Source: Rhodobium orientis
GTDB lineage: Bacteria > Pseudomonadota > Alphaproteobacteria > Rhizobiales > Rhodobiaceae
Length of the DNA: 32,000 nucleotides
Assembly: GCF_003258835.1 (NCBI RefSeq)
Contig: NZ_NPEV01000024.1
Coordinates: 17,941-49,940, forward strand
Direction: 5' to 3'
In this document: positions 1 through 9,000 of the stretch, one piece after another
Layout: each line of letters begins with the position of its first letter
Position numbering within the stretch: position 1 is the first letter of the stretch
Program-made: the position numbers and the translations under genes
Notes under the pieces: model-generated
Database searches by the model: none
Seen by the model: the letters and a program-made list of their open reading frames with translations, nothing else
What the model was told of the DNA's origin: nothing

Positions 1-213
1 ACCGTTCTCGGTCAGGCTCTTGAGGATGTCGGAGGTGGCGATCGCCCCAGCGGCAAGGCCGATGCTGACCGGATCCATGTAGCGGGCGAGCACGATGACG
101 ACGCCGAGGCGCGACAGCTTGGAAGCGACCTCGGAGGCACCGTAGGCCATCAGCCCGGCCGTCAGCGACGAGGCCATGAGGCGTCCCACCAGTGCTTTGA
201 TCCCGCGTGCCAT
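1..213 (-). CDS. Polysaccharide/oligosaccharide flippase (Wzx / MOP-type), N-terminal 71 codons only; gene runs off the left edge
   Basis: Not in the ORF track (open to the edge). Hand translation from ATG at 213-211: MARGIKALVGRLMASSLTAGLMAYGASEVASKLSRLGVVIVLARYMDPVSIGLAAGAIATSDILKSLTENG. The hydrophobic helix followed by 'LARyl.P...G' resembles N-termini of Polysacc_synt/Wzx proteins. It is divergent from an OPX export gene. Confidence 0.5.
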   Translation of the reverse strand, partial: MARGIKALVGRLMASSLTAGLMAYGASEVASKLSRLGVVIVLARYMDPVSIGLAAGAIATSDILKSLTENG

Positions 214-451
214 GATGTCTGCTTGCTCGTGTTCGGTCCGGCTAAGGACAGTTGTTGAACTGGCATCTGTTGTACCCGACGTGAGTTAACGGATGTTGGG
301 GGCGCTGGTGTAGAAAAGAACTCTGATGCAGGGGGAACCTATCCTTTTGCATAGTATTTCTACTTCGAAGGAAAGACTTCCAAGCGATTCACTAAAAATA
401 GAAGATTGGTTGGCACAATTATCTTCATCAGTGAGTAACGGGTACCAATCC

Positions 452-1675
452 ATGCAGCGCTCGTCGGACAAAAAGCGCAGGTGGCCCTGGCTCGGCGCCG
501 GTATCGCGCTCGCCGTTGCCGGATGCAGCCAGCCGTCCCATGTGGGAAACCTCGAACTGGTCTCGGAGGGCCTCAGCTACCAGGCGCAGTACCGGTCGGA
601 CCCGGACGCGAGCCGCTCGGCCGACACCGCCTCGACCCGCGTAAACGCGGAAAAATGCACCCTCGGCACCCCGTCGCCCGACGCCGCACTCCCGCGCTCC
701 GTGGCGCGCGACGAGGAGCGCCTGTCTCCCGGCGACCTGGTGGAGGTGAACGTCGCCGAAGACGAGACCTTCACCGGCTCCTACGAGGTGTCCCAGGACG
801 GCATGCTGAAGCTGCCCTATCTGCGGCCGGTGCCGGCTGTCGGGCGCAGCGTCTCAAATGTGGAGGAAAGCCTGGTGCGCGCGCTGATGGCGAGCGAGTT
901 CTACCGCGAGCGGCCGCGGGTCTCCGTTCGGCTGGCGGATGTCGCCTCTGCACGTGTCCACGTGGCAGGCGCTGTTTTCGAGCCGATGGCCGTGGCCGTC
1001 GGCGGCGCCACGGGCGATGCCATCGACAAGGCACGCCAGTCGGCAATCGGCGCTGCTGCCGGCGGCCGCCGGCTTTCCGGTGCATTGCAGGCGGCCGGCG
1101 GTGTGCGGCCGGACGCGGACCTCTCAAGAATCGTCATTCGCCGCGGCAGCAAGACCATGTCCGTTGACCTCAGGAGCGCGATCAAGGGCTACGCTTTCTC
1201 CGATCCCCTGCTCCTGGAAGGGGACCAGATAGAGGTCTCCAGCCGCGGCTGCTTCCAGGAGGAGCTGATGGTGCCGTCATCCGTGACGGCGCCCGGCGTC
1301 AAGGTCTTCATGTCGAACCTGTCGCAACCGGCCAACGCCAATGCCCTGTCGGCGATTGGCAAGGAGGCACGGGAATTGCGCTATGGCACGCGCTTCATTC
1401 AGGCGCTCGTCGGCATGAACTGCGTCGGCGGCGCAAAATGGACCAATGCGCATCGCACAGCGGTTCTGTTCTCACGCAACCCGATCACCGGCAAGTCCAT
1501 CGTGATCGAGCGCAGCATCGAGGATCTGCTGCGCCGGGCCGACCGCGACGAGTACGACCCCTACCTCATGCCGGGCGACGCGCTGGCCTGCTACGACAGC
1601 ACCGCGACCAACGTCATCGAACTGGCCAGGGGCTTTGGAACGGTCTCCACCTCCGCGGCGCTGCTGCTGAAATAA
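452..1675 (+). CDS. Outer-membrane polysaccharide export (OPX; Wza/ExoF/PssN-like) lipoprotein
   Basis: Track ORF 326..1675. I prefer the internal ATG at 452, which gives MQRSSDKKRRWPWLGAGIALAVAGCSQ, a signal peptide with lipobox LAVAGC; 286-451 is AT-rich and looks non-coding. Poly_export-like segment LSPGDLVEVNV...YEVSQDGMLKLPYLRPVPAVGRSVSNVEESL...RPRVSVRLAD, followed by SLBB-like repeats (RVHVAGAV..., SRIVIRRGSKTMSVDL...LLLEGDQIEV). Confidence 0.75.
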   Translation: MQRSSDKKRRWPWLGAGIALAVAGCSQPSHVGNLELVSEGLSYQAQYRSDPDASRSADTASTRVNAEKCTLGTPSPDAALPRSVARDEERLSPGDLVEVNVAEDETFTGSYEVSQDGMLKLPYLRPVPAVGRSVSNVEESLVRALMASEFYRERPRVSVRLADVASARVHVAGAVFEPMAVAVGGATGDAIDKARQSAIGAAAGGRRLSGALQAAGGVRPDADLSRIVIRRGSKTMSVDLRSAIKGYAFSDPLLLEGDQIEVSSRGCFQEELMVPSSVTAPGVKVFMSNLSQPANANALSAIGKEARELRYGTRFIQALVGMNCVGGAKWTNAHRTAVLFSRNPITGKSIVIERSIEDLLRRADRDEYDPYLMPGDALACYDSTATNVIELARGFGTVSTSAALLLK

Positions 1676-1678
1676 AGC

Positions 1679-1701
1679 GCCTGCCCAACGGGTCGGCAGG
1701 C
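1679..1701. terminator. Weak stem-loop between convergent genes (GCCTGCC-9 nt-GGCAGGC)
   Basis: 7-bp perfect inverted repeat 4 nt after the OPX stop, in the 186-bp gap between convergent genes. There is no U-tract, so it is only a candidate. Confidence 0.25.
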
Positions 1702-1861
1702 TGTCCGGGCGAAAAGTGGCGCCAAGGCGACGACCCAAAGCACGTCGCGTGTTCCGGAAAAGTAACGTTTTCGCTGGGACATTGGCGGCCGCCGCCGCAA
1801 CGCCTGGGGCCCGCGCCAAATCGGGGCAGGGGCCGGGCGCGGGATTCGGTCGCCGGGCCGC

Positions 1862-4480
1862 TCAGGCGGCGGCGCGATAGGGCTCCAGCGCCGCCATCGT
1901 CTGGCGCCCCAGCACATCGGCCGCCTCAATGAGGGCCGGCAAAGGCTCATCGTCCCGCTGGAAGCAGGCGTCCTCGATTTCCAGCAGCACCTGGCGGAGC
2001 CGGGTGGCGCCGAAGAGCGCCGCGGAGCCGGCGAGCCGATGGGCGAACTGGCACGTCTCCTTCAGGGTCTCGTCGTGCCGCGCCGCCTCGAAGCTCTCCT
2101 TGATCGCGACAAGTTCGGCGCAGAACTTGTCCAGATGCTGGACGAGCTTTTCCGGCGGCAGCAGCGCCTTCAGGTCGCCCACGATGTCCTCGTCGATCAA
2201 GGCCGTCCCGCGATCCGACGTCGCCTCTGTCGCGGGCTCGGCCTCCGCCGGCTTTTCCGCTGCCGGAGGCGGGCTCGCGGCCGGCCGCTCCCGCAGCAGT
2301 GGGGCGAGCACGGCGTTGAGTTGGCGCAGGCGCAGGGGCTTGATGAGGGCGTCCTGCATGCCGGCCAGGCGCAGTTTGTCCTGTTCCTCGGGAAACACAT
2401 GGGCCGTGAGGCCGATGATCGGCGTGTCCCGGCACGGCCCGTCGCTGGAGCGGATCCGGCGCGTTGCCTCCAGGCCGTCCAGCAGCGGCATGCTAATATC
2501 CATCAGGATGATGTCGAAGGCCTCTTTATTCGCCAGGTCGACGCCGACCTCGCCGTTCTCCGCCTCCTTCACACGGCAGCCGGCCCTGGCCAGCATTTCC
2601 CCGGCGACGAAGCGGTTGGTCGCATTGTCTTCCACCACGAGGACCTTGAGGCCGGCCTTGCCCTCCAGGGCCTCGTCTGCCGCCGCCTCGCTCGGCACCG
2701 GCGCCGGGTGCTCGCCGCGCGCCAAGGGCAATGGCAGGCGGACCCAGAAACGGCTGCCGTGGCCGGGCGTGCTTTCCACGCCGATCTCGCCATCCATCGC
2801 CCGCGCCATGCGCCGGCAGATAGCCAGGCCGAGGCCGGTGCCGCGCGTGGTGCGCCGGAAGGAGGGATCAAGCGTGACGAAATCCTCGAAAACGCGGTCG
2901 ATGTCGGCTGCGGCAATGCCGGCGCCCGTGTCCGAAACCGCCAGCTCGACGATCGCCTGCCCGTCATGGCGGAACAGCTCGTTGGCTTCCATCGTGATCA
3001 TGCCGTCTCGGGTGAACTTCACGGCATTGGAGACGAGGTTAAGGAGGATTTGCCGGATCCGGCGGCGGTCGGCCGAGACGGTCAGGGAATCGAATCCAAG
3101 GGAGACGACGAGCTGGTTGCCGCGCGCCTCGGTCGCGACCGAATGCAAATCGACGATCTCGTAAAGGAGGCTACCGATTTCGAAACGGACTGGATGCGGC
3201 TCGAAACCGCCCGCTTCCAGGCTGGAAAGGTCCAGGACATCGTCGATCTGGTCGCGCAGGAGTTCGCCGGATGCGATCGCCGTCTCCACATACTGACGCT
3301 GTTTCTGGGACAGCCGCGTGCCGCGCATGAGATCGAGTACCCCGAGCACCCCGTTGAGGGGCGTGCGCATCTCGTGGCTCATGACGGCGAGGAATTGCGA
3401 CTTGGCCTCGGCGGCCGACAGTGCCCGGTCGCGCGCCTCTGTCAGCTCCTGCTGCGTCCGGCGCCGGTCGGAGATATCGCGCAGATATGCGATGAAGGTC
3501 GGATTCTCGCTTTCGCTGGCAACCCCAAGAGAAAGCTCAACGGGGAAATCCTCGCCGTTCGCGCGCATCGCCTCAAGCTCGACGCGCCCCTGTCCGAGAA
3601 CCTTTTTCTCGCCTGTCTTCAGGAATCTCTTCATGCCGGTGACATGGGCCGTGCGCAGGTGTTCCGGCACGATCAATCGGGAGATGTTCCGACCCATCGC
3701 GGCATTGCGCGAATAGCCGAAGGTCCGCTCGGCTGCCGGATTGAAGTCGAGGATCGTGCCTTCAGCGTCGGCGACGATGATGGCATCAAGCGAGACATCG
3801 ATGGTGTTGGCGTAGCGCTGGCTGCTGCGCGAAAGCTCGCCCGATCGCGACATTGATACGCGATACTGGCGCCACAGGACGAGCAGCGTGCCCGCAAGCA
3901 CGACGATGAGAAGCCCCGCCACGACTGCTGTCTGAATGAGCAGCAGGGTGAACATCTGTCGCCGATTGTCCGAGGTGCGTGCGAAAAGATCGACGCTTTC
4001 CAGCGACAGTCCGCGCACGAGGGGGCGCAGGCCCGTCACCTCCGCCAGCAGTTCCGCACGGTTCTCGCGCAGAGCCGGGTCGGGCCCATCGATGAGGGGA
4101 ACAAGCCTGTCCAGCGTTCCCCGGATCGCGCCAAGAAGGCTGCTTGCGTGCTCGCTGGCACGCAGCTCCGCAAACATGGAACTGGACTCGATCGTCACCA
4201 CGCGACTGTAGAAGATGTCGAAGCGCTTGCGGATGTCGTCGAGGCCGACCGGCTTCCCGCCGCCGTCGATGGCATGCAGCAAGGTCAGCAGTTCGACCTC
4301 AAGCTGGGCGGCGGTCCATTGTACGTTATCGCGGGGTGCGTTGCGCAGCTCCTTCAGTTCCTGCGAGATCTGCAAGCCCAGGAAAACGAGAAGCGCAGCG
4401 ACCGCGCTCAAGCCGGTCGCTGCAAGTCCTTTTCGGAGTCTTCCGCTGCGTTTTGCAGTTCTGCTCACGCTTTTCGGCAT
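1862..4480 (-). CDS. Hybrid sensor histidine kinase / response regulator with C-terminal Hpt (2 TM + periplasmic domain, PAS, HisKA, HATPase_c, REC, Hpt)
   Basis: 872-aa ORF with ATG start. TM helices: LSAVAALLVFLGLQI and LLLIQTAVVAGLLIVVLAGTLLVLW. PAS: DAIIVADAEGTILDFNPAAERTFGY. H-box: FLAVMSHEMRTPLNG. N-box: LLNLVSNAVKFT. G1: VSDTGAGI. G2: GTGLGLAICRRM. REC: VLVVEDNATN...IILMDISMPLLDG...GLTAH...IKP. Hpt: FAHRLAGSAALFGA. Confidence 0.92.
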   Translation of the reverse strand: MPKSVSRTAKRSGRLRKGLAATGLSAVAALLVFLGLQISQELKELRNAPRDNVQWTAAQLEVELLTLLHAIDGGGKPVGLDDIRKRFDIFYSRVVTIESSSMFAELRASEHASSLLGAIRGTLDRLVPLIDGPDPALRENRAELLAEVTGLRPLVRGLSLESVDLFARTSDNRRQMFTLLLIQTAVVAGLLIVVLAGTLLVLWRQYRVSMSRSGELSRSSQRYANTIDVSLDAIIVADAEGTILDFNPAAERTFGYSRNAAMGRNISRLIVPEHLRTAHVTGMKRFLKTGEKKVLGQGRVELEAMRANGEDFPVELSLGVASESENPTFIAYLRDISDRRRTQQELTEARDRALSAAEAKSQFLAVMSHEMRTPLNGVLGVLDLMRGTRLSQKQRQYVETAIASGELLRDQIDDVLDLSSLEAGGFEPHPVRFEIGSLLYEIVDLHSVATEARGNQLVVSLGFDSLTVSADRRRIRQILLNLVSNAVKFTRDGMITMEANELFRHDGQAIVELAVSDTGAGIAAADIDRVFEDFVTLDPSFRRTTRGTGLGLAICRRMARAMDGEIGVESTPGHGSRFWVRLPLPLARGEHPAPVPSEAAADEALEGKAGLKVLVVEDNATNRFVAGEMLARAGCRVKEAENGEVGVDLANKEAFDIILMDISMPLLDGLEATRRIRSSDGPCRDTPIIGLTAHVFPEEQDKLRLAGMQDALIKPLRLRQLNAVLAPLLRERPAASPPPAAEKPAEAEPATEATSDRGTALIDEDIVGDLKALLPPEKLVQHLDKFCAELVAIKESFEAARHDETLKETCQFAHRLAGSAALFGATRLRQVLLEIEDACFQRDDEPLPALIEAADVLGRQTMAALEPYRAAA

Positions 4481-4496
4481 GGGGTCATCACGAAAT

Positions 4497-5057
4497 TCAG
4501 TCGATCACTTCAAGTCGATCAAGTTGCCATATGCTTCGTGAATATATCGTTTCGGATTGAAAGCGCGAATGCTGATCGAACGGATAGACGATCCACAGGG
4601 GACCCTTTCCGCGGCGGGACATCGACTTTCCGTTCATTGCATAGGCAACGATCGGGCCGGGAGAAACCGCATCGGAGACGGGTATCCGAACCGCGTAGTC
4701 GTTGATCGCGGTCGCCCGCAATGTACGCCCGTGGGCACCGAGCGTGGCGAGAAGATCCTTGAGGGGAACGCCGGTAAAGCTGTTCTCTCCGTCCGTCCAG
4801 ACCGTGCTGGTATTGAACGTTGCGGCCGGCATGCCCTTCAGCATATCGAGGTCGAAATGCGCTTCGTCGCCGGCATTGGTTGCCGAGATCTTGCCGGAGA
4901 CCTGCAAGATGACGGTGCCCGTCGGCTTCGCCTCAAGCGCGGTCGCCACGGCCGGACCGGAGGCGAAGCCGGCGGACAAAACACCAGAAAGTCCGCTAAG
5001 GACCGCGAGAACGGCCAGGGACCTTTTCAGCGAAGTCATCACCGTGTGGAGCGACAT
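4497..5057 (-). CDS. Secreted small molybdopterin-oxidoreductase-fold (sulfite oxidase/YedY-like domain) protein, probable periplasmic partner of the downstream kinase
   Basis: 186 aa. ATG with SD GAGGAAA 7 nt upstream. Sec signal: MSLHTVMTSLKRSLAVLAVLSGLSGVLSAGFA. The body (FTGVPLKDLLATLGAHGRTLRATAINDYAVRIPVSD...PIVAYAMNGKSM..RGKGPLWIVYP...SIWQLDRLEV) matches my memory of the Oxidored_molyb fold pattern in small proteins found next to signalling genes. Only 16 nt separate its stop from the kinase ATG. Confidence 0.6.
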   Translation of the reverse strand: MSLHTVMTSLKRSLAVLAVLSGLSGVLSAGFASGPAVATALEAKPTGTVILQVSGKISATNAGDEAHFDLDMLKGMPAATFNTSTVWTDGENSFTGVPLKDLLATLGAHGRTLRATAINDYAVRIPVSDAVSPGPIVAYAMNGKSMSRRGKGPLWIVYPFDQHSRFQSETIYSRSIWQLDRLEVID

Positions 5058-5323
5058 GTCCGTTTCCTCTGTGATCGTTGTTCCGTGGCGTCTTATTTAT
5101 ACGACGCGATCTTCGACCGCCACGAAGCATAAGGACAGAGAAGCTATACGGAAGGATAGTCCGGAACGGAGACTGTTGTTTGCCTTTAAGAAATTACGGC
5201 AAGGAATACGTGTTGCGGAGTATATCTGTTCGTGCGCGCAGCGAAACGGTGGTCTTCGCAGAAGGCCCCAAAGACTTCTCGTGTTGCGATGGTGGCCTGT
5301 CGGCGAATCCGGGGCGATCGGCA

Positions 5324-5345
5324 GCCGGGAGGAAACCCTCCCGGC
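5324..5345 (-). terminator. Strong GC hairpin (GCCGGGAGG-AAAC-CCTCCCGGC) 5 nt downstream of the receiver-gene stop
   Basis: Perfect 9-bp stem with a 4-nt loop, read directly from the sequence. It has no clear U-tract, which is common in high-GC alphaproteobacteria. Confidence 0.45.
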
Positions 5346-5350
5346 AGGCA

Positions 5351-5734
5351 TCAGCTAGCCCGCTTCTGGATGTGCTGCGTCACGAGATCCGCCAGGGCCT
5401 CCGGGTCGAAGGGCTTGGCGATAACGTCCGCAGCGCCGAGCTGCATGAACCGCTCGACCTCGTAATGCTGCGTCCGGGCGGTGATGAAGATCACGGGAAT
5501 GTCTTTCGTCTCTTCAATTTCCTGCAAGGCGGCCAAGGTCTGCGGGCCGTCCATCTCAGGCATCATGACGTCGAGCAGAATTAGATCGGGCTGCCATTCT
5601 CGAGCGACCTTGAGCGCATCTTGCCCACATTCACACGACTGCACTTCCAGGTCTTCGTCGAGTTCAAGCGACATGACGGTGATCTCTCGAATATCGGGAT
5701 CATCGTCCACGTAAAGTACCCGGGATTTGCTCAC
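5351..5734 (-). CDS. Single-domain response regulator (CheY-like receiver)
   Basis: Track ORF 5351..5758 begins with GTG. An internal GTG at 5734 is preceded by AGGGGGGA, a better SD, so that start is preferred; the start remains uncertain. REC motifs: VLYVDDDPD, LILLDVMMPEMDG, VIFITAR, IAKPF. Confidence 0.85.
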   Translation of the reverse strand: MSKSRVLYVDDDPDIREITVMSLELDEDLEVQSCECGQDALKVAREWQPDLILLDVMMPEMDGPQTLAALQEIEETKDIPVIFITARTQHYEVERFMQLGAADVIAKPFDPEALADLVTQHIQKRAS

Positions 5735-5994
5735 ACTGTCCCCCCTGTCATTGCACACTGGTTTTTCTTACGTCGATGCGCGGTCACCGCGCGATCCTTT
5801 AGCAGATCCAAACCTCAACTAGATTGGTGCAAAGGTCAAAACACAAAAATAGTTCGGCGAAATGTCTCCAATAATGCTTAGTAAAATGTGAACAAACGCG
5901 TTCCGGAAGACGCTTGTCTCGTTTAGTCTATTTTTAAGAACAGTCAGAATAGGGTTTCCTACTTTTCAATTTCGTTGCAGGAGGTAATACAACG

Positions 5995-6051
5995 ATGTAT
6001 TGGGTTCGCGCGCCCTTTGCCGTCACAGCGGCCGAGCAATGTGTAGCGTGA
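5995..6051 (+). CDS. Candidate 18-codon leader uORF (MYWVRAPFAVTAAEQCVA) abutting the large kinase gene
   Basis: AGGAGG at 5979-5984 lies 10 nt upstream of ATG 5995. The TGA stop at 6049-6051 is followed by 1 nt and then the kinase ATG at 6053, which has no SD of its own. It is below the track length cut-off and was found by hand. Confidence 0.3.
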   Translation: MYWVRAPFAVTAAEQCVA

Positions 6052-6052
6052 C

Positions 6053-9000
6053 ATGACCGCTGCAAGGCCGAGTGCACCAAAAGTGCCGGCTAACGGCGCT
6101 CCGGAACGATCCCGGGGGCGAGGCATAGGTCATACTGCGCTGCCGACGCGTGTCGTCGACTTGTGGCGCGTTGTCGTCGTCGCCGGTCTTTACGCATTCT
6201 TTGGCTGGCTTGGCCTGCGCCTGGCGGTGCCTCCCGGCTACGCGACCTTGATTTGGCCGGCGTCCGGCATCGCCGTCTCCGCGCTTCTACTTTTTGGTCA
6301 GCGTTTGTGGCCCGGCGTTTTCGTCGGCTCCTTCGCGGTCAACGCCGTCGTTGGCGAGGCTCTCGGTGTCGACGGTCCCAACTGGACGGCGTTTGCGGTA
6401 GCCGTTTCGATTGCGGCGGGATCCACCCTGCAGTCGATCTTGGCCGTCCATCTCGTTCGTCGACGTTTCGGCCTGCCGCTTGTAATCGACACAATGCGCG
6501 CTATCGTCCTGTTTCTTCTGCTGGCAGCGTTGTTACCCTGCCTCATCGGCGCCAGTGTAGGCGTGGCAAGCCTCCTTGGCGCGGGCGTTACGCCGCTTTC
6601 GACTGCTGCCAACAACTGGATCACTTGGTGGATCGGTGATGTAGCCGGCATTCTGATCGTTTTGCCGCTGACATTGATCAGTCCATGGCGACCTTGGAGT
6701 GCCCGCTTTCGCGGAAAACCACTGGCCCGTGTCAGCCGTATGGGGCTTCTGGCGTTGCTCGTCCCCTTGGGATTGACGTTCTACGGGTGGAAGTTTACCA
6801 GCGAAGCTTCTTTCGAAAAGGGTCTTTCCTCCTTTGAGGTGCTGGCACGCGACAACGAACGCGCGCTTTTGAATCGGCTGGATGCCTACAACCAGTCGCT
6901 TGACGCGGGCGCAGGGGCCTTCAATGGCTCTTTCCAAGTGTCGGCCGCGGAATGGAGGGTGTTCGTCGACGAGTTCGACATCGACCGCAATCTACCGGGA
7001 ATCAACGGCATCGGCTTCATCCAGCCGGTAAAGCCGGACGACCTCCAGTCATTACTGAAAGAGGTCGCTCGCAACGGCGTTTCGGATTTCACCGTCAAGC
7101 CGCGAAGGGTCACGGACCGGGACATGTTCGTGATCACATATATTGAGCCGCTCAAGGCGAACGAGGCGGCGCTCGGGCTCGATATTGCCTTTGAGGGAAA
7201 CCGCCGCGCTGCCGCGATCCATGCGCGGGACACCGGCCGGCCGACGATCACGCACCGGATCTTCCTCGTACAAGACAAGACGAAAAGCGCTGGCTTCTTG
7301 CTGCTGAGACCGCTCTACGAACCATTCGCCGCCGTCGGCACGGTGGAGGAGCGCCGTGCGGCATTTCGCGGCTGGGTCTACGCCCCCTTCGTTGCCAACA
7401 ACTTCATGCGCGAGCTGACGGCGAGCCAGGGCAAGAGGATCAATATCAGTGTCTATGACGGCCCCAAGGCCGACGCCGATATGCTGATCTACACGAGTTC
7501 CGACGACACATCGCATCAGCCGGCCTATCGCATCAGTAAGGTGCTGTCCGTAAGGGAACAACAATGGACCGTGGTGTGGGAGAGCACGCCGGCCTTTGCG
7601 GCCTCCATCTCCTCCAAGGAGTCGGCGATCGTGCTGGCGGCAGGGTTGTCGCTGACTCTTCTGTTCGGCGTTCTCTTGATGTCCCACGCGCGCCGCGAGG
7701 ACGAGATCCAGCAGACGGTTGAGCGCAAGACGCGCGAAATTGCCGCGCGCGAGCGGCAGAACCGCTCGATCGTCGACACCGCGCTCGCCGGCGTCGTGGT
7801 GCTCGACGAAAACGGCACCATCCGCTCGGCCAACCCGGCAACGGAATTGATCTTCGGTTATGACGCGACCGAGCTCGCCGGCCGGCCGATTGCGACACTG
7901 ATGCCTGGTTTCCAAGATGGAGCGGACATTCCAGAGGACGCGAAAAACGCGGCAGCCGAGTTGATGGAAACCAGGACCAGGAGCGGCGACGAACTCTTTT
8001 TAACGGTGCAGAGAAACGAATGGCGCACCGAGGCCGGAAATCTGCGCTATACGCTGATTATCAGCGACGTCACGCTGCAGCACCGCATTACCAAGGAACT
8101 GGAGGTCAGCGAACAACGCCTGAAGCAGGCGCTGGAAGGCGCGCGTATCGGCGTCTTCGACATCGATCTGACGACCGGTCGTTCGTTTGTTTCCGTCACC
8201 TGGAAACAGATGCTGGGGTTTTCCGAGGACGACGAGATCGAGCCGCAGCAGCAATGGGAATCCCGCCTTCATCCTGATGATCGGGCCCGGGTCAAGCAGG
8301 CTGACCAGGACTGCATCGACGGCAGAAGCGAAAGTTCGTGGTCGGAATACCGGCTTCGCCACGCGGACGGACACTGGATCTGGCTGCGCTCCGAAGCCAT
8401 CGTCATCGAACGCGACCCAACCGGCCGGGCAATGCGCATGATCGGTACCCAGACCGATGTCTCAGCACTGAAGACGGCGGAGCTGGCGCTACGCGATAGC
8501 GAGGAACGTTTCCGCCTGGCACTTGAGAATGCGCCCGTCGGCATGGCGCTGATCAGCGACAAGGGAAAATGGCTGCAGGTCAACGAGGCGCTCTGTTCGC
8601 TCTTGGGGTATGAGCCAGCGGAGTTCGAGCGTCTGGATTTCGCAACGGTGACACATCCGGAAGAACTGTCGGCGAACGGCGATTTGTCTGAGTTCCTGGA
8701 GCGCGCGGCCGCCGAAAAACAGGTAGAACGTCGCTTCGTCGCCAAGAACGGCAGGCCGATATGGTGCCTGTTCGGCCTGTCCCGGGTTGAGGACCAGCAG
8801 GCCAAGCACGGCTACTTCGTCGCTCAGTTCCAGGATATCGACGCGCGCAAGGAGGCCGAACGGGCCAAGAGGGAGTTCATCGCCACCGTCAGCCACGAAC
8901 TGAGGACACCTCTGACATCCATTCGGGGGTCGTTGGGGCTGGTGCTCGGTCCTGCAGGTAAGGATCTGACGCCGAAGATCGCACACCTTCTCACGATCGC

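Noticed and set aside
326-451. N-terminal 42-aa extension of the OPX ORF (start at 326)
   Set aside because: The extension lies in an AT-rich, intergenic-looking stretch and would bury the signal peptide and lipobox. The ATG at 452 gives a canonical lipoprotein N-terminus.
2039-3856. Very long alternative-frame and antisense ORFs in the track (for example 2039..3856 + 605 aa, 1929..3164 +, 481..1167 +, 7052..7915 -, 8489..9580 -, 15756..16805 +, 20402..21163 +, 21887..22975 +, 27696..28382 +, 28678..29310 +, 30448..31242 +)
   Set aside because: All overlap ORFs that carry unambiguous family motifs on the other strand or in another frame. Their translations are Arg/Ala/Gly/Pro-rich strings typical of off-frame reading of high-GC DNA, where stop codons are rare. 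I recognise no motifs in them.
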